Of a DNA stretch of 64,000 nucleotides, positions 34,959 to 44,500 are shown piece by piece. The notes under the pieces were generated by a model. The model did not search any database. It saw only the letters and a program-made list of their open reading frames with translations, and had not been told where the DNA came from. The position numbers and the translations under genes were made by a program. How positions within the stretch are numbered: the first letter of the stretch is position 1; each line of letters starts with the position of its first letter. Origin of the DNA: Verrucomicrobiota bacterium (lineage in GTDB: Bacteria > Verrucomicrobiota > Verrucomicrobiia > Limisphaerales > UBA11358); contig JBEKBA010000001.1 of assembly GCA_050015635.1 (NCBI GenBank), forward strand, positions 18,676 through 82,675. The letters are read 5' to 3'.

Positions 34959-35240
34959 ATGAATGTCATATTTGCATGGGCGATAGGTGCCACGGAAATC
35001 ATTTTGGTTCTCGCTGTTGTTTTGATTTTGTTTGGGGCCAAGAAGATTCCTGAATTGGCCAAAGGTCTGGGCACGGGTATCAAGGAATTCAAGAAGGCGA
35101 CAAAGGAAGTGACGGACGAAGTTCAAAAAGCGGCGGACGAACCGCCGGCGCAACAGAACAAGTTGCCTGATGTTGGCCAATCACCGACTGCGCCGCCCGC
35201 GTCAACTGTTTCCCAAATTTCCAATCCGCCCAAAGTCTGA
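34959..35240 (+). CDS. tatA: twin-arginine translocase subunit TatA/E
   Basis: ORF 34959..35240, with [34 protein letters not shown]. Confidence 0.9.
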   Translation: MNVIFAWAIGATEIILVLAVVLILFGAKKIPELAKGLGTGIKEFKKATKEVTDEVQKAADEPPAQQNKLPDVGQSPTAPPASTVSQISNPPKV

Positions 35241-35259
35241 CGGCGGGAACCTTTCTCGC

Positions 35260-36258
35260 ATGGTCGGCGGCTACGAAACGGAACATCCCGACGAGACCGA
35301 AGGCGGTCCGGTCAAATCGTTTCTCGAACATCTCGAAGACTTCCGCTGGGTGCTCATCAAGAGCTTGGTCGCGCTCGCGGTCGCGATGCTGCTCTGCCTC
35401 ATCGCCGGAAATTACGTCGTGCAAGTCATCAAGTGGCCGCTAACGCGCGCCAAAATTCATTATCCCGGCACGAATCAAATCGCCATTGTCAGTTTCGGAA
35501 CGAATCACCTCGGCAATTTTCAACTCACGACGAAACAGCAAAAATCCCTGAATCTCGGCACGAATCGTTTTGTGTCCGTTCAAATCGAACCACTCGCGCT
35601 TGGCACCAATCAAGTGTTCGGCTGGCGGGTTGATGCGGATGAAAGCGCGATTGCCGATGCGCAACGGCTGCATATTGATCTGATCAACTTGAGTCCAACG
35701 GGTGGATTTTTCGTCGCGTTTCAAGTCGCACTTTATGGCGGCGCAGTGCTGGCGTCGCCGTTCATTTTTTATTTTGTCGTGGCGTTTATCTTTCCGGCAT
35801 TGAAAATGCGGGAGCAAAAATATGTTTATCGCGGGTTGTTTTTTGGCGCCGGGCTGTTTCTGCTCGGCATTTCGTTTTGCTATTTCATTTTGATGCCGGT
35901 CGCGCTCGCGGCGTCGCAGATGTATTCGCAATGGCTCGGTTTCGGTGCGCTGCAATGGCGCGCGGAGGATTACATCAGCTTCGTCTGTCGCTTCATGCTT
36001 GGCATGGGTTTGGGATTTGAACTGCCGGTGGTGATTTTGACACTCGTAAAAATTGGCGTGTTGAGTTATTCCACGCTTCGGGGAATGTGGCGTTACATGG
36101 TTGTCATTAATTTGATTCTGGGAGCCGTGCTGACGACGCCGGAAGTGGTCACACAAATTTTAATGGCGGTTCCGCTTTATCTACTTTATGAAATCACCGT
36201 CTGGATTGCGTGGTATTGGGATCGGCAGGAACGAAAACGCGTCGAGCGCGAATCGTAA
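35260..36258 (+). CDS. tatC: twin-arginine translocase subunit TatC
   Basis: This is the ATG 35260 sub-ORF of 35170..36258. It has SFLEHLEDFRWVLIKS and 6 TM segments, with an unusually long periplasmic insert between TM1 and TM2. Confidence 0.88.
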   Translation: MVGGYETEHPDETEGGPVKSFLEHLEDFRWVLIKSLVALAVAMLLCLIAGNYVVQVIKWPLTRAKIHYPGTNQIAIVSFGTNHLGNFQLTTKQQKSLNLGTNRFVSVQIEPLALGTNQVFGWRVDADESAIADAQRLHIDLINLSPTGGFFVAFQVALYGGAVLASPFIFYFVVAFIFPALKMREQKYVYRGLFFGAGLFLLGISFCYFILMPVALAASQMYSQWLGFGALQWRAEDYISFVCRFMLGMGLGFELPVVILTLVKIGVLSYSTLRGMWRYMVVINLILGAVLTTPEVVTQILMAVPLYLLYEITVWIAWYWDRQERKRVERES

Positions 36259-36314
36259 AACACACTTTACAAACGGCGATTTTGGCGTAGGCTCGATCCA
36301 ACAACTTAAAACGT

Positions 36315-36755
36315 ATGCGAAACACAATGCCTTTTCTAGCTGTGGCTGCACTTGCCGCTTGGTTCACGTCTGGTTGCGCCGGGCCGGAGCAAAAATTAGG
36401 TCGTGGCATGAGTAATTTTTACGAAGGTGTTCGCTTGGGGGAAATGCGCCGTTCCGTCGAACAGACCGCTGTGTTTGATTCGGATGACACAGCTTTCACC
36501 ACTGGATTTGTGCATGGCTTCGACCGTTCGATGGCGCGCACGGGCATCGGCTTTTACGAAGTCCTCACTTTCCCAATTCCGCCGTATCATCCCATTGCCA
36601 CAAAATACCTCTCGCCCGAACCAGCATATCCCGACAGCTACAAACCGGGATTGCCCGACGACCCTTTGTTTAACACGGATACCTACGTCGGCTTCAGTGG
36701 CGGAGATGTCGCGCCGTTCATCCCCGGCAGCCGGTTCAATGTCTTTGACAATTAG
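36315..36755 (+). CDS. exosortase-system-associated lipoprotein (TIGR04073-like)
   Basis: ORF 36315..36755. The lipobox FTSGC is followed by KLGRGMSNFYEGVRLGEM and TGIGFYEVLTFPIP, which I recall as the TIGR04073 signature. Confidence 0.6.
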   Translation: MRNTMPFLAVAALAAWFTSGCAGPEQKLGRGMSNFYEGVRLGEMRRSVEQTAVFDSDDTAFTTGFVHGFDRSMARTGIGFYEVLTFPIPPYHPIATKYLSPEPAYPDSYKPGLPDDPLFNTDTYVGFSGGDVAPFIPGSRFNVFDN

Positions 36756-36781
36756 CCGTGGCCGAATCAAATTTCCGCAAC

Positions 36782-36810
36782 GCGCCAGCGATTTTCCGTT
36801 GGCGCGTTTT
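36782..36810 (+). terminator. rho-independent terminator after the TIGR04073-like gene
   Basis: The stem gcgccagcg (36782-36790) / cgttggcgc (36797-36805) has loop attttc and is followed by gtttt. Confidence 0.6.
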
Positions 36811-36829
36811 GCTTTCGTGAAAGCCATTC

Positions 36830-37702
36830 ATGCCGCTCCAAAAAAAGTCTTTCTGCAAAGTCAACCTGCTGCTGAATATCCTTGGCCGGCGCGCCGATGG
36901 TTTTCATGAACTCGAAACCGTCATGCAGCCGATTAACGTCTGCGACCAATTGACTTTCGAGCGCACTACACGCGGGATTGTACTCTCGTGTAACCATGCC
37001 AACCTGCCCGCCGATTCGCGCAATTTAATTCACCGCGCGGCGACGGCATTTCTGCAAGCTGCGAAGATCAACGATGGCATAAAAATTCATTTGAAAAAAA
37101 AAATTCCGCTGGCTGCCGGACTCGGCGGCGGCAGCGGCAACGCGGCAACGACCCTGCTCGCGCTTAACGAACTTTTCGGGCAGCCGCTCGTGTCGGCGAA
37201 GCTTTGTGAAATCGCGGCGACGCTAGGTTCGGATATTCCATTTTTTCTGCAAAACAAACCCGCGCTTGCCATCGGTCGTGGTGAAAAAATCCAGCCGCTC
37301 GAAAATTTCCCCGCACTCACCGGCAAGGTGTTTTTGCTGGTTCATCCCGGCTTTGGCATTTCAACGCCGTGGGCTTACCAGAATCTCTCGCGTTTTCCCA
37401 CCGCCCTGAACGGACAAAACGACCGCGCTCGAAAATTGATTTCAGAACTTCAGTCCGGTGATTTGAGCGCCGCCAGCGGCGAATTTTACAATTCGCTCGA
37501 AGTTCCCGCGCTGGAAAAATTTCCCGTGCTCGTGCTGTTTCAGGAATTTCTCCGTGCGAATGGCGCGCTGACCGCGCTCATGTCCGGCAGCGGTTCGACG
37601 ACGTTTGGCATCGTCGAAAGTATTCCTTCAGCCGAGTCACTTGCAGAAAAATTTAAATCGAAATTCGGGCAGAATTGCTGGATTGCCGTTGTGCCGGTTT
37701 AA
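36830..37702 (+). CDS. ispE: 4-diphosphocytidyl-2-C-methyl-D-erythritol kinase
   Basis: ORF 36830..37702, with KVNLLLNILGRRADGFHEL and the GHMP motif PLAAGLGGGSGNAA. Confidence 0.92.
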   Translation: MPLQKKSFCKVNLLLNILGRRADGFHELETVMQPINVCDQLTFERTTRGIVLSCNHANLPADSRNLIHRAATAFLQAAKINDGIKIHLKKKIPLAAGLGGGSGNAATTLLALNELFGQPLVSAKLCEIAATLGSDIPFFLQNKPALAIGRGEKIQPLENFPALTGKVFLLVHPGFGISTPWAYQNLSRFPTALNGQNDRARKLISELQSGDLSAASGEFYNSLEVPALEKFPVLVLFQEFLRANGALTALMSGSGSTTFGIVESIPSAESLAEKFKSKFGQNCWIAVVPV

Positions 37703-39258
37703 GCGCTGGGTGATTTGTGGAATTTTTGCAATGCCAGGTCCGTGATTTCCTTTGCCGCCGGAATTTTTAGTGCAAGCGTGACAAGCCAGTAAATTAGACC
37801 GGCAATTCCCGCCGGTACAAACACTTCGCCGATTTTTAGCGCAAGCGTTTCGTGGCCGAGCGATTTTTCCCAAAATCGCCAACCCAACCACGCGATAAGA
37901 CCGGCGACCAGGCCGGCAATGGCCAGCGGCAAAAACGTTACGCGCAGCGATTCCATTTCCAGTTTTCCAAGCTTTTTTCGCAGTGCAAGAAGCAGCAGGC
38001 TGGCATTGCAAATGGAAGTTGCCGTGTTAGCGAGGCCGATGCCGCCTTGTTTCAGCGGTACGACGAGCATCGCCGCCAACATTAAATTCAACACGAGGCA
38101 TGCGATGCTGATTTTCATCGGTGTTTGCGTGTCGCCGAGCGCGTAAAAGGCGCGCGCCAGAATGTTGACCGTTGAGAATGCGATCAATCCCGGCGCGAGG
38201 CACATGAGCGCGAACGTGGCGCGATCGGTTGAAGCGGGGGTGAATTGTCCACGTTCGAAGAGCAGCCGTACGATTGGTTCGGCCAGCACGACGAGCAGCA
38301 TGGCGGCGATCAGATTTACGAAGAGCAAGGTGCCGAGTCCGTGGCGCAGCGTCGCGCGGAATTCGGAATAATTTTTTTCCGCGGCGAGGGCCGCCAGCGC
38401 CGGCAGCAGAAATGTCGCCAGCGAAATGCCGAACATTCCCTGTGGCAGTTCCATCAGCCGCACGGCGTAGTTGAACGACGCGACGATGTGTGGGCTGACC
38501 CAGAACGCGATGGTCTGCGTGAGCAGTACGTTAATCTGGAACGCGGCAAGGCCGATGGTGCCCGGAACCATCCGCCGTACGACCACGCGCACCGTTTCAT
38601 TTTGCCACGGCGAAACCCAGCGGTAGCGAAAGCCGTCGCGCCAGAGCGTCGGCAATTGAAACGCTGCTTGCGCCATGCCCGCCGCAAGCACGCCAATGGC
38701 CAGCGCGAAAATTTGTTCTGACAATTCCGTGCCCATGCGCGGCGCGAGAAATAAAACGGACACGATCATCACGACGTTGAGCATTGTCGCGCCCATCGCA
38801 GGAATGAAAAAATGGCCACGCGCATTGAGCATACCCATGAACGCCGCCGCGATGCACACCAGCAGCATGTAAGGGAACATCAGGCGCAGCAGTTGCAGCA
38901 TGAGTTCCGTCTTGGCTTCAAATTGATGCGCGGCGAGCACGAGCGAAAGGCAAAGCATCACGATGGCGATTATGATTGCCGCCGTGACGATGAGGCCGGA
39001 AAGCATGGCGTTGGCCACGCGCCACATTTCGATCTCGCCGTGCGTTTTTTCCTTTTCCTTGAAAATGGGAATGAACGCCGCTGTCAGCGCGCCTTCGCCG
39101 AGCAGACGGCGAAAAAGATTCGGAACGGTGAACGCAAAAGCGAACGCGCTCGCGACCCAGCCATCACCCATGAAATTGGCATAAACCATTTCGCGCACCA
39201 TGCCGAGCACGCGGCTGACGAGTGTGGCGGCGGCCATCGCGCCGGAGGCTTTCAACAT
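37699..39258 (-). CDS. murJ: lipid II flippase MurJ
   Basis: This is the ATG 39258 sub-ORF of 37699..39336. It begins MLKASGAMAAATLVSRVLGMVREMVYANFMG and reads as a polytopic MOP-family protein with about 14 TM segments. The upstream 26 codons of the track ORF are translated heptamer repeats and were rejected. Confidence 0.9.
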   Translation of the reverse strand: MLKASGAMAAATLVSRVLGMVREMVYANFMGDGWVASAFAFAFTVPNLFRRLLGEGALTAAFIPIFKEKEKTHGEIEMWRVANAMLSGLIVTAAIIIAIVMLCLSLVLAAHQFEAKTELMLQLLRLMFPYMLLVCIAAAFMGMLNARGHFFIPAMGATMLNVVMIVSVLFLAPRMGTELSEQIFALAIGVLAAGMAQAAFQLPTLWRDGFRYRWVSPWQNETVRVVVRRMVPGTIGLAAFQINVLLTQTIAFWVSPHIVASFNYAVRLMELPQGMFGISLATFLLPALAALAAEKNYSEFRATLRHGLGTLLFVNLIAAMLLVVLAEPIVRLLFERGQFTPASTDRATFALMCLAPGLIAFSTVNILARAFYALGDTQTPMKISIACLVLNLMLAAMLVVPLKQGGIGLANTATSICNASLLLLALRKKLGKLEMESLRVTFLPLAIAGLVAGLIAWLGWRFWEKSLGHETLALKIGEVFVPAGIAGLIYWLVTLALKIPAAKEITDLALQKFHKSPSA

Positions 39259-39274
39259 TTTTGACACCGCGCGA

Positions 39275-39302
39275 AGATTAAAGTCCAAAGCCCGAAGTCC
39301 AA
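39275..39302 (-). promoter_or_regulatory. putative murJ promoter whose -35 lies inside the heptamer array
   Basis: Read on the minus strand: TTGGAC (39302-39297), 16 nt spacer, TAATCT (39280-39275), then 16 nt to ATG 39258. Confidence 0.35.
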
Positions 39303-39340
39303 AGTCCAAAGTTCGACGGCAATTGGAAATTGGCAACTGG
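39281..39340. repeat. two adjacent tandem heptanucleotide arrays in the murJ/tyrS divergent intergenic region
   Basis: The first array is aagtcca aagcccg aagtcca aagtcca aagttcg (39281-39315). The second is caattgg aaattgg caactgg (39320-39340). Confidence 0.85.
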
Positions 39341-39358
39341 CGGTCGTGGGATTACCCT
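39330..39358 (+). promoter_or_regulatory. putative tyrS promoter (leaderless geometry)
   Basis: TTGGCA (39330-39335), 17 nt spacer, TACCCT (39353-39358), then 6 nt to GTG 39365. Confidence 0.45.
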
Positions 39359-39364
39359 TGCCGC

Positions 39365-40645
39365 GTGAACATTGTTGATGAACTGAAGTGGCGCGGCCTC
39401 GTCGCCGACTGCACCGATGCGCCAGAATTGGAAAAGAAAATTTCCTCACCCATCACGCTTTACTGCGGCTTTGACCCGACCGCCGATAGTTTACATGTCG
39501 GTAATCTTGTGCCGTTGATTGCGCTGCGGCGGTTTCAATTACTCGGCCATCATCCGATTGCCGTTGCCGGCGGCGCGACCGGTTCAATCGGCGATCCGAG
39601 TGGAAAAACTCAAGAACGACAACTGCTCACAAAAGAAATTTTGGAGCACAACATCGCCAGCGTGGAAGTTCAACTGGCAAAGCTGCTCGATTTTGAAACG
39701 AAGCAAAATCCCGCGCGGCTCGTGGACAACGCTTCGTGGACGCAAAACATTTCCTATCTCGATTTTCTGCGCGACATTGGAAAACATTTTTCCGTCAACC
39801 AGATGGTCGCCAAGGAAAGTGTCCGCGCGCGCATGGAAGACCGCGAGACCGGCATCAGCTACACCGAGTTCAGTTACATGCTTCTACAGGCGTTTGATTT
39901 CATGGTTTTAGCGCGTGACCAAAATTGTGAACTGCAAATCGGCGGCAGCGACCAGTGGGGCAACATCACCGCCGGAATTGATTTATGCCGGAAAAAATTA
40001 GGCAAAACCGTTTTCGGCCTCACGCTTCCGCTCATCACGAACGCCGACGGAACAAAATTTGGAAAATCCGAGGTGGGCGCAATCTGGCTCGATCCAAAAC
40101 GCACAAGCGTTTATCGCTTTTACCAATTTTGGATTAACACCGATGATCGCGACGTGATCCGCTACTTGAAATTCTTCACGTTCTTGTCGCGCGAAGAAAT
40201 TGAAGCGCTTGAAAAGCAGCACGCGGAAAATCCCGGTGCGCGCGAAGCGCACAAGGCTTTGGCGAAGGCGGTGACGGATTTGATTCACGGCGAACAGGCT
40301 ACGGCGGAAACAATTCGTGTGAGCGGAAGATTGTTCAGTGGTGACGTTTATGGTGCTTCTGAAGACGAATTTAACGAAATTGTTAACGAATTACTGACAA
40401 AAGAAATTGATAAATCAAAATTTGAGGGTGCAGGTTATCCACTTATTGACCTTTTGGTCTATATCGGATTGTCCTCATCCAAAGGTCAGGCGCGAAAAGA
40501 CATCGAAGGTGGTGGTATCAGCGTAAACGATATGCCAGCAACAGATGTGAATCGAAGAGTGATGTCTCAAGATTTTCATTTCCACGACAAATACATCTTG
40601 TTGCGCAAAGGCAAAAAGAATTATGCCGCCGTGACGGTGAAGTAA
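39365..40645 (+). CDS. tyrS: tyrosine--tRNA ligase
   Basis: This is the GTG 39365 sub-ORF of 39200..40645. It begins (V)NIVDELKWRGL, with a HIGH-type motif (DSLHVGNL), a KMSKS-type motif (KFGKS) and a C-terminal S4 domain. Confidence 0.93.
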   Translation: MNIVDELKWRGLVADCTDAPELEKKISSPITLYCGFDPTADSLHVGNLVPLIALRRFQLLGHHPIAVAGGATGSIGDPSGKTQERQLLTKEILEHNIASVEVQLAKLLDFETKQNPARLVDNASWTQNISYLDFLRDIGKHFSVNQMVAKESVRARMEDRETGISYTEFSYMLLQAFDFMVLARDQNCELQIGGSDQWGNITAGIDLCRKKLGKTVFGLTLPLITNADGTKFGKSEVGAIWLDPKRTSVYRFYQFWINTDDRDVIRYLKFFTFLSREEIEALEKQHAENPGAREAHKALAKAVTDLIHGEQATAETIRVSGRLFSGDVYGASEDEFNEIVNELLTKEIDKSKFEGAGYPLIDLLVYIGLSSSKGQARKDIEGGGISVNDMPATDVNRRVMSQDFHFHDKYILLRKGKKNYAAVTVK

Positions 40646-40654
40646 ATATCCACG

Positions 40655-41401
40655 TTAAAACTTCGCGAAAATCTTGTTCGCTTCTTCCAAAGTCTCCTTC
40701 GAGCCGATGTCGAACCACAGGCCGGGCACACGCCAGGTGAAGACCGCCGTGCGCGGATAAAGCCATTGCACGAGGCGTCCAGGCTGGTCGGGATTGTTGC
40801 CATCGGCGATATATTGCTTGATGAGCGGAATCGTCGCCTTCGGATAAAAATAAAGCGCGATGCCGGTGAGCGTGCTGGTCGGATTTTTTGGTTTCTCTTC
40901 AAAAAATGTGATTCGTCCGTTCGCGTCGGTGGAAATGGAATTGTATTTTTTGATTTCTTCGAGATTACCCACGTCATAAACGGCGAGCACGGGCGCATTT
41001 TTTTCATGAATGAATTTACCGAATTCCGTCAGTTTCTCGCTGAACAGATTGTCACCGGCGACGACAATCAAATCATCGTCCACATTTTGCGTTTTGAGCA
41101 CATAATGGATGTCACCAATCGCGCCGAGCTTGTTGGTGTCATCGGTCGAGCCGTCGTTGACGACGGTGAATTCAAACTTGGATTTCGTGGCGTGATAATG
41201 TTCCGACCATTTCTGGAAATGTCCGGCGAATTTTGCATTGGTAACGACGTAAACGCGGTCAATGTCACTGATGGGCGCGAGGTTGTCGAGGACGTGCTCG
41301 ACCATCGGTTTGCCTGCGACGGACAGGAGCGGCTTGGGTTGCGTGAGGGTGAGTGGATAGAGGCGCGTGGCATATCCGGCGGCGAGAATAATGACTTTCA
41401 T
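40655..41401 (-). CDS. sugar-phosphate nucleotidyltransferase family protein
   Basis: ORF 40655..41401, beginning MKVIILAAGYATRLYPLTLTQPKPLL (the NTP_transferase G-rich loop). Confidence 0.85.
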   Translation of the reverse strand: MKVIILAAGYATRLYPLTLTQPKPLLSVAGKPMVEHVLDNLAPISDIDRVYVVTNAKFAGHFQKWSEHYHATKSKFEFTVVNDGSTDDTNKLGAIGDIHYVLKTQNVDDDLIVVAGDNLFSEKLTEFGKFIHEKNAPVLAVYDVGNLEEIKKYNSISTDANGRITFFEEKPKNPTSTLTGIALYFYPKATIPLIKQYIADGNNPDQPGRLVQWLYPRTAVFTWRVPGLWFDIGSKETLEEANKIFAKF

Positions 41402-41404
41402 ACG

Positions 41405-43174
41405 TTATTTTTCAAAAAGGCTCGGCGCGGTCTGGCGGGCCAATGTCTGACAACGTGCATAAATTTCCGATGGCGATTCGCATTGTAGCGCGAATTCGGC
41501 GAGTACTTGCGCTTCGCTCAACTTGAGCCGCCGGACAATATATTTTATTTGTGGCACAATCGGCGGGGCGGCGCTCAATTCATCCACTCCGAGGCCGATC
41601 AACAGCGGTGTGAGCACAGGGTCCCCCGCAATCTCCCCGCACACGCCCGCCCAAACGCCGTGTTTGTGCGCGGCATCCACGGTCATCTTGATGAGCCGCA
41701 CAATGGCCGGATGCGTCGGTTCGTAAAGGTGCGAAACTTTTTCATTCGTGCGGTCAGCGGCAAGCGTGTATTGGATCAAATCGTTGCTGCCGATGCTGAA
41801 AAATTTTACGCGTTGCGCGAGTGTATCGGCGATGAGCGCAGCGGATGGAATTTCAATCATCGCGCCGATGTCCATTTTTTCGTCGAACGGGATTTTTTCC
41901 ACGCGCAGTTCCGCTTTACATTTTTCAACGAGCACGGTGGCTTGGGTCAATTCGTCGAGGCCCGAAATCATGGGATACATCATTTTGACGTTGCCCTCGG
42001 CGCTGGCGCGGAGAATGGCGCGAAGTTGGGCGCGGAAAAGTTCCGGCTGCGCAAGGCAAAAACGGATCGCACGCCAACCGAGGAACGGATTCATTTCCTG
42101 CGCGAGTTGCAAGTGCGAGACAAATTTGTCGCCGCCCAAATCGAGTGTGCGGATGATGACTGGCTGCGGTTTCAGCGCGGAGGCGACCTGGCGATAAACC
42201 TGGTATTGGTCTTCCTCGCTCGGCGAACTTTCGCGGTTGATGAACAAAAATTCCGTACGAAACAATCCAACGCCTTCCGCGCCGTATTTAATGACGGCTT
42301 CGATGTCGTTCTGGTCTTCGATGTTTGCAGAAAGATGAATGGATTTTCCGTCAAGCGTCACCGCCGGCTGGCGTTGAATTTCACCAAGTTTTTCCTCAAG
42401 CGACGCTTTAATTTTGACGAGCTGGCCATATTCAAACAGCGTCTGGTCGGTCGGGTTGACGATGATGGTGCCATTGTAACCGTCGAGCAGCGCGTAATCG
42501 CCCGTGTCGAATTCCTCGCTGGCGGTTTTCAATCCGACAACTGCGGGAATGCCCAGTGACCGCGCCATGATGGCCGTGTGCGAAGTTTTGCCGCCGATGT
42601 CGGTCGCGAGTCCGAGGACAAATTTTTTGTCCAATTGCGCCGTCGTGGACGGACTCAAATCGTGGCTGACCAAAATACATGGCTCGGCGATGTGGCGGAG
42701 ATCAAACTCATCCTGCACTTCGAGTAGATTGTCGAGTACGCGCGAAGTCAGATCACGCATATCATCGGCACGCTCGCGGAGATACTCGTCATTCACGCCA
42801 GCGAGCGCGGCGGCGTAACGCTCGGCGACCGCGTGAAAGGCATGTTCGGCATTGATTTTTTGTTCGCGGATTAAGCGGATGACTTCGTCCACGAGCATCC
42901 GGTCTTCAAGCATAAGCAAGTGCGCTTCAAAAATGTCGCCTTCCTTTGCACCCATGTTTTCGACGACCTTGCGCTGCACTTCCGAAATTTGCTGGCGGGT
43001 CTGGACGAGCGATTTTTCAAACCGGCTGACTTCCGCCGTGATTTCCAAGTCTGGTAATTCGCGCTTGGCGATAATGTGACGGGCGCGGTGCAGGACAAGA
43101 ATTTTTCCACGGCAAATGCCGGCGGAAACGGCGATGCCGCGAAAAACTTTTTCTCCCTTTGTTTGTGCTGACAT
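41405..43174 (-). CDS. ptsI: phosphoenolpyruvate-protein phosphotransferase (PTS enzyme I)
   Basis: ORF 41405..43174. It has the phospho-His region GGKTSHTAIMARSLGIPAV, plus LRTEFLF and IGSNDLIQY. Confidence 0.93.
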   Translation of the reverse strand: MSAQTKGEKVFRGIAVSAGICRGKILVLHRARHIIAKRELPDLEITAEVSRFEKSLVQTRQQISEVQRKVVENMGAKEGDIFEAHLLMLEDRMLVDEVIRLIREQKINAEHAFHAVAERYAAALAGVNDEYLRERADDMRDLTSRVLDNLLEVQDEFDLRHIAEPCILVSHDLSPSTTAQLDKKFVLGLATDIGGKTSHTAIMARSLGIPAVVGLKTASEEFDTGDYALLDGYNGTIIVNPTDQTLFEYGQLVKIKASLEEKLGEIQRQPAVTLDGKSIHLSANIEDQNDIEAVIKYGAEGVGLFRTEFLFINRESSPSEEDQYQVYRQVASALKPQPVIIRTLDLGGDKFVSHLQLAQEMNPFLGWRAIRFCLAQPELFRAQLRAILRASAEGNVKMMYPMISGLDELTQATVLVEKCKAELRVEKIPFDEKMDIGAMIEIPSAALIADTLAQRVKFFSIGSNDLIQYTLAADRTNEKVSHLYEPTHPAIVRLIKMTVDAAHKHGVWAGVCGEIAGDPVLTPLLIGLGVDELSAAPPIVPQIKYIVRRLKLSEAQVLAEFALQCESPSEIYARCQTLARQTAPSLFEK

Positions 43175-43281
43175 ACGAGTCGCGGGAAGAAATAGCCGAA
43201 TGCTTTTACGTTGAAAAGTAATTCCATCGTAAAAATGAAAAAAGGCCGCCGAATCAACGGGCTTTGAAAGTTTTGACCTGA

Positions 43282-43839
43282 TTACGCCCGTTCCATGTAT
43301 TTGCCCGTCCGCGTGTCAACTTTGATCTTTTCGCCGGTTTTAATGAACAACGGTGCCTGCACCGTGATGCCGGTTTCGAGCGTGACGGCCTTTTGCACGT
43401 TGTTCGCAGAATCACCGCGAACACCTTCGGGCGCGTCCGCCACGGTCAGCACAACGTTGGACGGCAATTCGATTGAAACCGCCTTGTCATCAACGAACGT
43501 CACCGTCACCGTCGCATTTTCCACGAGAAAATTTTTTGTGTCGCCGACCAGTTCCGCCGCGAGCGTGACCGTTTCGTAATTTTCCGGGTCGGTGAAAACG
43601 TAGTCCGCGCCGTCCTTGTAACTGAACTCCATTTTCTTGGTGATCATTGGTACCGGCTCGATTTTTTCAGTCGAGCTGAAACGCACGTCGGAGGATTTGC
43701 CGGTGCGGATGCTGCGGAGCGTTGCCTGGACAAACGCGCGCAAATTGCCCGGCGTGCGATGCTGCATATCGAGCACCACGGAGATGTCGCCGTTGTAATT
43801 GATCGCCATGCCGCGGCGGAGGTCGTTTGCTGTCGCCAT
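43282..43839 (-). CDS. efp: elongation factor P
   Basis: This is the ATG 43839 sub-ORF of 43282..43902. It begins MATANDLRRGMAINYNGDISVVLDMQHRTPGNLRAFVQ and has three OB-like domains (185 aa). Confidence 0.92.
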   Translation of the reverse strand: MATANDLRRGMAINYNGDISVVLDMQHRTPGNLRAFVQATLRSIRTGKSSDVRFSSTEKIEPVPMITKKMEFSYKDGADYVFTDPENYETVTLAAELVGDTKNFLVENATVTVTFVDDKAVSIELPSNVVLTVADAPEGVRGDSANNVQKAVTLETGITVQAPLFIKTGEKIKVDTRTGKYMERA

Positions 43840-44022
43840 TAAATTAAAAATGCTTAACGCGCCGGATTTTTTACGAAACGCGAGCCGCAAAAAATACTTC
43901 AAATTTACGCAAAAGCAAGCCCGCTTTTCCGTAAAGGGGGATTATTAAAACATGTTCATCGGAGGTCCTTCGGTGAATAACCGCTCCTTGACACCACAAA
44001 ATTCAGTATGTTACAAACGTGT

Positions 44023-44042
44023 AACCACAATTAGATGTGGTT
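44023..44042. promoter_or_regulatory. 20-bp palindrome (NrdR-box-like) abutting the nrdR start codon
   Basis: aaccacaattagatgtggtt has 7-bp perfect arms, aaccaca / tgtggtt. It ends 2 nt before ATG 44045. A consensus TTGACA lies at 43988-43993. Confidence 0.4.
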
Positions 44043-44044
44043 TT

Positions 44045-44500
44045 ATGCGTTGCCCCAAGTGCGGCTGTCAGGAAGACAAAGTCATTGATTCGCGCGCCTC
44101 GCGTGAGGGAGCGACGATTCGCCGACGTCGTGAATGTGCCGGTTGCGGCCATCGTTTCACGACTTACGAGGAACTCGAGCACGAAGGTTTGATGGTGCTC
44201 AAACGCGACGGACGGCATGAGGAATTTTCCCGCGAAAAACTTTTGTCCGGCCTCAAGAAAGCTTGCCAGAAACGTCCCGTCACGCCGCAAGCCATGGAAA
44301 GCTTGGCCGACCACATCGTCGCTGCCGTGACCGCTAGGTTCGAGTCCGAAGTTCCCACCGATTTCATTGGCAAAATGATCATGGACGGCCTGCGCGAAAT
44401 TGACGAAGTTGCCTACGTCCGTTTTGCCAGCGTCTATCGTCGCTTTCAGGAAGCCACTGACTTCGTGCAGGAGGTCAAAAAATTGGAGGCTGCCAAATGA
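44045..44500 (+). CDS. nrdR: transcriptional repressor NrdR
   Basis: This is the ATG 44045 sub-ORF of 43952..44500. It has the zinc ribbon MRCPKCGCQEDKVIDSR...CAGCGHRFTTYE followed by an ATP-cone. Confidence 0.93.
   Translation: MRCPKCGCQEDKVIDSRASREGATIRRRRECAGCGHRFTTYEELEHEGLMVLKRDGRHEEFSREKLLSGLKKACQKRPVTPQAMESLADHIVAAVTARFESEVPTDFIGKMIMDGLREIDEVAYVRFASVYRRFQEATDFVQEVKKLEAAK

Noticed and set aside
39281-39340. Checked whether the short tandem repeats (here and at 3024, 12211 and 30235) could be a CRISPR array or a degenerate one.
   Set aside because: The units are 7 bp and directly abutting, with no spacers. No cas genes or leader are present. These are microsatellite-like heptamer arrays, not CRISPR.
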